Shown here in pieces: positions 58,261 through 64,000 of a stretch of DNA of 64,000 nt. The stretch lies in assembly GCA_021817325.1 (NCBI GenBank), contig JAKAVK010000007.1, forward strand, positions 116-64,115, in the 5' to 3' direction. The notes beneath the pieces were generated by a model. That model did not search any database, had not been told where the DNA came from, and saw only the letters and a list, made by a program, of their open reading frames with translations. This DNA is from Candidatus Micrarchaeota archaeon (GTDB lineage Archaea > Micrarchaeota > Micrarchaeia > Micrarchaeales > CABMGC01). The position numbers were made by a program, and so were the translations under genes. Position 1 is the stretch's first letter; every line of letters begins with the position of its first letter.

Positions 58261-59766
58261 CTATATGGGCATCTTTCTGAGCCATCCTATGTCATTGTTG
58301 TATAGCTGGGCTATGCTCTCAAGCTTCCTGTCCCTTATAAGCAGTATGCGCTCAAGGCCAAGCCCCCAGGCAAGCACTCCTATGTTCTTTGAAGCTGCGC
58401 CTGTTATTTCCTTCCTTATCAGGCCGCTGCCGCCCATCTCTATCCACTCCTGCTTGCCCTGTGAGTATGCGAATATCTCGACCCCTGGCTCAACGAACGG
58501 GAAGTAGGATGGCTTAAACTTCACTTCCACGCCAAGGCTCCTGTGTATGTTTATCAGGGTGTCGAAAAGGTTGGAGAGCGCAAGGTTCTCCCCTATTATT
58601 ATACCATCATGCTGGTAAAAGTCAGCGAGGTGCCTGTAGTCTATATTCTCATTCCTAAAGATCCTGCCTATCGAGAAGAGCTTTATTGGAAGTATGCTTC
58701 TGCTCTTGGTCGATATGATATTTTCTATTATCTGGTATATGTAGCGCGACGTTGTGCTTGTTGTGTGCGTCCTTAGCACCGCCTGCCTTGCAGCGTCCAG
58801 GTCCCATGCCTCATGCCATGCCTTCTCGTGCGCCTTGCTGACCTTCCTCACGTACTTGTTATCATCGAGGTCTATCCGTTCTGGATTGGAGAGGTAAAAG
58901 GTATCCTGGGCATCCCTTGCAGGGTGGTCCTGCGGCACGAAGAGCGAATCGAAGTTCCAGAAGGCAGAGTCGATCATGGGCCCGGAGATCTCCCTAAAGC
59001 CATTGCCCAGGTATGCCAGCCTAACCTCCTCCATCAGTCTGCGCAGCGGATGCCTCCTGGCTGCGATATCCTTGCCCGTATGTATCCCAACGTCGTATGC
59101 CTTGAACTTCTTCCCGGTCCACAGCTTGTTGACTATGATATTCTTGCTTAGCGCATCGATAACCTCCTCGTCTTCCTTTGACTCGCGCAGGGCCTTCTTC
59201 CCCTTCTCCGTTATACGTATCCTGGTAATTTCACTACGTTCCCTGACCATGACTAGCTTCCTACGGACCAGCGCCGCCATCTCCTCCGGATGCTCCTTCC
59301 TGACGCGCCCATAGGAATCTGGGTTGCCTGCCAGCGCCTTAAGCATGCGCTCGTCAGCGCTGCCTTCCCCTATCACCTTCACACCCTTCTCAGTGAGCAT
59401 TACCGTTCCCCCTTCTATCGAAACGTAGCCCTTCTTCTTTGCCCAGGCAAGCCCTATCTGGTCCTGCGCGCCGCTAAGCGATGACGCGCGCACTGTCTTT
59501 GACTCGAGCATCCTGAGCAGCCTGTTTTCAGGCAGCGTGTCAGCGGCGTACCTGCTGCCCTCATCAGTCAGGACCACCTCGCTTCTTGCACTCCTCTCAA
59601 CCTCAGCATAACCGTTCTTGCCGAGGTTCTCTATTGCCCAAAGGACCTCATCCCTCTTGAGAGATGTCCTCTCCACCAACTCGTCAAGGCTTGCACTGCC
59701 GTTCTCGTGCAAAACCCTTAATACCATTATGTCATACTTGTGCAAGGTCATCCCGTCTTTGATCAT
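58261..59766 (-). CDS. pheS: Phenylalanine--tRNA ligase alpha subunit (archaeal long form)
   Basis: FWNFD.LF.PQDHPAR..QDTF, FRNE, YFPF.EP and WGLGLER motifs. Confidence 0.97.
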   Translation of the reverse strand: MIKDGMTLHKYDIMVLRVLHENGSASLDELVERTSLKRDEVLWAIENLGKNGYAEVERSARSEVVLTDEGSRYAADTLPENRLLRMLESKTVRASSLSGAQDQIGLAWAKKKGYVSIEGGTVMLTEKGVKVIGEGSADERMLKALAGNPDSYGRVRKEHPEEMAALVRRKLVMVRERSEITRIRITEKGKKALRESKEDEEVIDALSKNIIVNKLWTGKKFKAYDVGIHTGKDIAARRHPLRRLMEEVRLAYLGNGFREISGPMIDSAFWNFDSLFVPQDHPARDAQDTFYLSNPERIDLDDNKYVRKVSKAHEKAWHEAWDLDAARQAVLRTHTTSTTSRYIYQIIENIISTKSRSILPIKLFSIGRIFRNENIDYRHLADFYQHDGIIIGENLALSNLFDTLINIHRSLGVEVKFKPSYFPFVEPGVEIFAYSQGKQEWIEMGGSGLIRKEITGAASKNIGVLAWGLGLERILLIRDRKLESIAQLYNNDIGWLRKMPI

Positions 59767-60539
59767 GATAGGAACTTGATGTATATGTAGGCGGCAGAGA
59801 GCAGCAGCAGCACCACGATCCCTATGTATATGTACTCCTTGTCATTGGTGTAGATGTTGGTGAAGTACGCAGCGACCTCCCCCTGCAGTGACTGCGTTAA
59901 TATGTACGAGAATGAAAACCTGTACAGCGGCTCTGCAGCGTACCACGAGAAGGCTGTGACATTCGTATAGTTGCCCACGAAGTTTGGCGGAGGCGAATCC
60001 GGCAGAGGGGAGATGGATACTATCTGCGCACCCTTCGGCACCACCAGGGTGAAACGCACATTCTGCGGCAGTGCCTGGCCGCTTGCGGTGTGCTCGAAAT
60101 TTAGCACGCTGTCATTGAACGTATACTCGAACTTCCTGGGTGCAATCTCGTCTACAGTGGTGACGTTCTTTATAGAATAGGTCATGATCAAAAGCGCATC
60201 TGCGCCGCTGCCCTGCGGTATTATCGAGCCTGGCAGGAAGGTCAGCTTCGAGACGCTAAACCTGGGGTTCAGTATATGCGGCGTAAGCTGGGTCGTCTTG
60301 AGTATGTTCTGCCAGTCGACCAGGCTGAGATTATATGCACTCCTGTCCTGCGCGTACACATTTACCGAGGCGTTGCTCATGTACAGGTAGAACGTCTCTA
60401 TCACACTTGCTGTGGTCGTATTGCTTGACAGCACCACGGTGGTGTTGACCTGTGTTATGTTGAAATAGGCATGCGCACTGCCAAAAAGCAGTGTAATAAG
60501 GAGGGGAAAAGCTAACAGGCTGATGCGCTTTGCAGACAT
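59763..60539 (-). CDS. Secreted, C-terminally anchored beta-rich protein
   Basis: Signal peptide (AHA), many sequons and a C-terminal TM; overlaps the pheS start. Confidence 0.75.
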   Translation of the reverse strand: MSAKRISLLAFPLLITLLFGSAHAYFNITQVNTTVVLSSNTTTASVIETFYLYMSNASVNVYAQDRSAYNLSLVDWQNILKTTQLTPHILNPRFSVSKLTFLPGSIIPQGSGADALLIMTYSIKNVTTVDEIAPRKFEYTFNDSVLNFEHTASGQALPQNVRFTLVVPKGAQIVSISPLPDSPPPNFVGNYTNVTAFSWYAAEPLYRFSFSYILTQSLQGEVAAYFTNIYTNDKEYIYIGIVVLLLLSAAYIYIKFLS

Positions 60540-60625
60540 GAATCTACTCTTGCAAGTCTAAACTTTTAAATGCTTGGTTGGCCCTTTTCAAAAGGCTATT
60601 AAATGTTTGATGATAAGCCTGTATC

Positions 60626-61456
60626 ATGGAGCCTTCCAAGATCCTGTCCGGTTTCAATTCCGCCCAGTTCACAGGGGTTTACTGCGGCGTATGCGGTGCC
60701 CAGGCATTCATTGCGCCAAATGCCAAGGACTGCATCTGCACATACTGCGAGGCATACCTTGCCCCCGGCATGCAGAAAAGCGGCTACAGCCAGCAGTTTG
60801 GGGCTGTGCATGAGCTCATCAGGCAGGGCAAGGTGGATGATGCGGCAAAGGCGCTGGATGCCATCGATCCAGGTACGGATCCAGTCAGGCACTACGCGCT
60901 CTCAAGCATGTACTCCTGCCTTTCCGACATGAGGTATGCAGATGTGAGCTATGCGCTGCCAGGATTCATGCACCAAAACGCCGACAGCAGGAATGACGAG
61001 TACGATAAGAACCCAAACAACTCGATGAGGCTGCTTTCCAGGTCAAAGGAGCTGCTCTTCCATGCCATCTACATAATAAACGACCAGCTGAAGAGTAATG
61101 ACGCCGCACTGCTATACATTGAATTCATGTCAGAGATCAAGCTCGACAGGCATGCAAAGGCCGCAAAACTGCTGGAGAAGCTCAACACCGTGGCAGGCAA
61201 CGAGCTGCAGGCATCGTACGCCAACATGGTGTACGCTGTCGAGACCGGAGGGGAAGAGGCAGATGCATATCTCTCCGATCTGCTTGCAAGAAAGGAGCTG
61301 CCGTCCCTCTACTACCTGGCAAGGCACCTAGTGTCCAAAAAGGAGCTTGCCCATGCCGGAAAGGTGCTGCGGCTTCTGGGCGGCAAGGCCGATATGCCCC
61401 GCGCGCTGCGCCTATTGAAGAAGATTGAGGCTGTTGAAGAGGCAACAAGACTCTAG
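60626..61456 (+). CDS. Hypothetical protein with N-terminal double CxxC and TPR-like helices
   Basis: CGVC...CTYC followed by helical-repeat-like sequence. Confidence 0.75.
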   Translation: MEPSKILSGFNSAQFTGVYCGVCGAQAFIAPNAKDCICTYCEAYLAPGMQKSGYSQQFGAVHELIRQGKVDDAAKALDAIDPGTDPVRHYALSSMYSCLSDMRYADVSYALPGFMHQNADSRNDEYDKNPNNSMRLLSRSKELLFHAIYIINDQLKSNDAALLYIEFMSEIKLDRHAKAAKLLEKLNTVAGNELQASYANMVYAVETGGEEADAYLSDLLARKELPSLYYLARHLVSKKELAHAGKVLRLLGGKADMPRALRLLKKIEAVEEATRL

Positions 61457-61484
61457 TTGCCGAATAGAATGGATAATATTTTAA

Positions 61485-63305
61485 ATGTCAAGCGGGAATA
61501 GCCAAATAATAAAACAGGCGCATGCTTTGGCAGAATCAACCGATAGGAAACGCGTATTCCTGTCTAACGGCATCACGTCTGCTATAGAGAACGAGGGGCG
61601 CATCGAGTGGTTCCCGTGCCCGAAGTTCGACTCTCCATCGATCTTCTCAGGAATACTCGATGACAGGAAGGGAGGATACTTCGCCATAAGGCCGGAGGGC
61701 AGATACTCTGTAAAGACCGCATATGTGGAGGACACGCTAGTTGCCGAGAATTTCTTCTCCACGTCAAAGGGTTCGCTGAGCATGCATGACTTCATGCCGC
61801 TAAGCCTCCCTGCAATAATGCGCGTCTACGAGTCAAGGATACCATTCATCGCCGACATACAGCCGATGTTCAACTACGGCATGATAAACCCGAGCGTCGA
61901 GTACGTTGAGGATGGCATATCATTCAGGAACAACGGGAGCAATGAGGGGGTTGAGATCAGCATAAACGGAGAGTACGAGGTGCTCAGCGACGGGACCCTC
62001 GAGATGCAGCCTGGCCACGGCAACTTCTTCCTGATGTACTCCAAGGATCTCAGGTACGGGCTGTTCAGCAACAAGAGCTTCGTCTTCCCGGACCCCTACG
62101 ATTCGCTGCATAAGACCATAAACTACTGGCGCAACCAGCTAAGGCCTGCCAAGAAGGTGAGCAAGTACGCCCAGGCCTACAAGATGTCGATCCTAGTAGC
62201 TCTTGGCCTCATCTACCAGCCGTCCGGCGCAATAATAGCCGCCCCAACCGCCTCACTGCCGGAGATCATAGGCGACACGAGAAACTGGGATTACAGGTAC
62301 ATGTGGATAAGGGATGGCGCATACGCTGCCGAGGCACTCACCAAGATAGGTTACGCAACAGAGACAAAGCGCATATTCGACTTCATGTTCAGCGTCACCG
62401 ATCCATCATCGAAGACATTCGACCACCCCCTATACTCGATCGACGGAACTGCGCCCCGCCCCGAGGAGAACATAGGTTGGCTGTCAGGCAGCCACAAATC
62501 AAAGCCTATCAGGATAGGGAACGGGGCATACATGCAGGTACAGATGGACGTGGAGGGTGCATTCATCGATGCGCTCTACACCTACCTTAACATGACCAAT
62601 GAGAAATCGTACATAATAAATCATTGGTGGGTCATAGAAGCAGCAATCGAGTGGGTCGGCAGGTCATGGACATTCCCAAGCACCAGCCTGTGGGAGGAGC
62701 GAGAAACCCTGGCCCACTTTGTCAATACAAAGGTGATGCAGTGGGTGGCTGTCGACAGGGCCTGCAGGATGGCCAGGAGCATAGGCCAGGCGCAGGAGGC
62801 GAAGGACTGGAGCATCCTCGCTGACATGATAAGGCATGATATCATGCTGCATGGCTACTCTAACGAGACCAAGAGCTTCGTCAAGTCCTACGATTCACAG
62901 GAGGTGGATGCGGCGCTGCTGGTCATGCCACTGTACGGTTTCATAGATGCAAAGGATCCAAAATTCCTCTCAACGCTAAGGAGAATAGAGGTGGAGCTGC
63001 TCATAAGCAACGGGCTCATGCTGAGATACAAGAACGACGCGCTTGGAAGCGTGCAGCACCCGTTCACGCTGCTCAACACATGGCTTGCGCGAGTCTACCT
63101 GCGCATGGGGGAGAGGCGGATGGCAGAGAGAGTCATAGACAGCATGCTCAGATACGCGACAGACATGCTTCTGTTCGGAGAGCATGTCGATGCCAAGACC
63201 CGTGAGCCGCTTGGAAATTTCCCCCAGCTCTTCCCACACGCCGGCCTGCTGACCACCATTGCGGAATACGATGACCCTACCCTGTACTCCAGGAGGGAGG
63301 ATTAA
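61485..63305 (+). CDS. Glycoside hydrolase family 15 (trehalase/glucoamylase-like)
   Basis: P.FDSPS.F, AAPT.SLPE, RNWDYRY.W.RD, WEER and GNFPQ...H motifs. Confidence 0.93.
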   Translation: MSSGNSQIIKQAHALAESTDRKRVFLSNGITSAIENEGRIEWFPCPKFDSPSIFSGILDDRKGGYFAIRPEGRYSVKTAYVEDTLVAENFFSTSKGSLSMHDFMPLSLPAIMRVYESRIPFIADIQPMFNYGMINPSVEYVEDGISFRNNGSNEGVEISINGEYEVLSDGTLEMQPGHGNFFLMYSKDLRYGLFSNKSFVFPDPYDSLHKTINYWRNQLRPAKKVSKYAQAYKMSILVALGLIYQPSGAIIAAPTASLPEIIGDTRNWDYRYMWIRDGAYAAEALTKIGYATETKRIFDFMFSVTDPSSKTFDHPLYSIDGTAPRPEENIGWLSGSHKSKPIRIGNGAYMQVQMDVEGAFIDALYTYLNMTNEKSYIINHWWVIEAAIEWVGRSWTFPSTSLWEERETLAHFVNTKVMQWVAVDRACRMARSIGQAQEAKDWSILADMIRHDIMLHGYSNETKSFVKSYDSQEVDAALLVMPLYGFIDAKDPKFLSTLRRIEVELLISNGLMLRYKNDALGSVQHPFTLLNTWLARVYLRMGERRMAERVIDSMLRYATDMLLFGEHVDAKTREPLGNFPQLFPHAGLLTTIAEYDDPTLYSRRED

Positions 63306-63372
63306 GGCCGTAGTCATATTCCTACCAAAAGATTATTATGCAAGGAAATTCATCTTTAATACGTGCATATTG

Positions 63373-64000
63373 ATGAAGAGGGACATCGATAAGGCAGTTG
63401 CAGCGCTGAATTCGCTGGTCAAGGAGGTAGATACCTTGGGCATAAACGCATCAGAATTAGAGGCCATACACCTACAGCTCGGCAGCGTTTACGATGTACT
63501 GCAGGAGATCCAGGAAAGGCCATATGGGTTTGGCGGCAAGCAGACCGGGGAATCTGCAGAATTCAACAGGGTGATCGGGCGCAAGCCACCAAACAGGCAA
63601 AAGGCACGCGGAGCTCATAGAAAGGCCAAGGGCATAAGCGGCGCGATAAGGGTGCAAGGCGGATACAGGATGGTTCGTGGCTCCGATGGCGAGCTCCACT
63701 TCATGGTCGACACAGAAAGGGATGCGCAGGCGAAGAGCAATCTTGCAAACCTATCAAGGAGGGAAGGAGATATAACGTTTGCGAAGAGGGAGACTCTCGA
63801 AAAGAACGGCACTGTCGAGGCCGGAAGTATCGTCGCGCTGCGCCAAGGCGACGGAACCTATGCGCCAGCTGCCTTCGTGAGGAGGCTGGAGAATGACAGG
63901 GTCGCTCTGATATCCGGCCGCAGCTCTAAGGCGGATACCGAAGTGGGCATCCATATAGCGAGTATAGAAATGCTCTCAAACGCTCCGGAAAAGCACCTGG
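63373..64000 (+). CDS. Hypothetical protein, partial (runs off the window)
   Basis: Open frame MKRDIDKAVAALNSLVKEVD... to the window end, more than 200 codons with no stop. Confidence 0.7.
   Translation, partial: MKRDIDKAVAALNSLVKEVDTLGINASELEAIHLQLGSVYDVLQEIQERPYGFGGKQTGESAEFNRVIGRKPPNRQKARGAHRKAKGISGAIRVQGGYRMVRGSDGELHFMVDTERDAQAKSNLANLSRREGDITFAKRETLEKNGTVEAGSIVALRQGDGTYAPAAFVRRLENDRVALISGRSSKADTEVGIHIASIEMLSNAPEKHL

Noticed and set aside
1-64000. CRISPR arrays, rRNA genes, intact IS elements, inteins
   Set aside because: None seen by eye, and core proteins are of normal length.

Overview
This is a gene-dense archaeal chromosomal segment with about 65 genes. The archaeal call rests on aIF5A, rpS24e/rpS27ae, Rpo6, Hel308, archaeal PheRS, RFC-L, a GGR-family reductase and TATA-type promoters; placement in Micrarchaeota/DPANN is my inference, not a computed result. 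Core content is a sufB-sufD-sufC-sufS operon, ATP-dependent DNA ligase, ogt, two tandem ftsZ genes, sepF, SMC, a bacterial-type uvrB-uvrA-uvrC operon, pheS/pheT, a GH15 hydrolase, and tRNA-Thr(UGU) and tRNA-Glu(CUC). Both tRNAs have decayed foreign DNA at their 3' ends, including a tyrosine-integrase remnant. The best leads are: (1) a Cys-tailed HTH regulator heading the suf operon, with a perfect 8-1-8 palindrome over the predicted start site (candidate archaeal Fe-S sensor/operator pair); (2) two FtsZ2-like paralogues in tandem behind repeated upstream boxes; (3) a 301-nt multi-hairpin non-coding region between trmJ and sepF; (4) an AdoMetDC-fold enzyme resembling the crenarchaeal arginine decarboxylase; (5) a minimal K-channel-like pore with an AQGP filter; and (6) several small or frameshifted genes absent from the ORF track. 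No CRISPR array, rRNA or intact transposase was seen. All family assignments are by motif recognition only.
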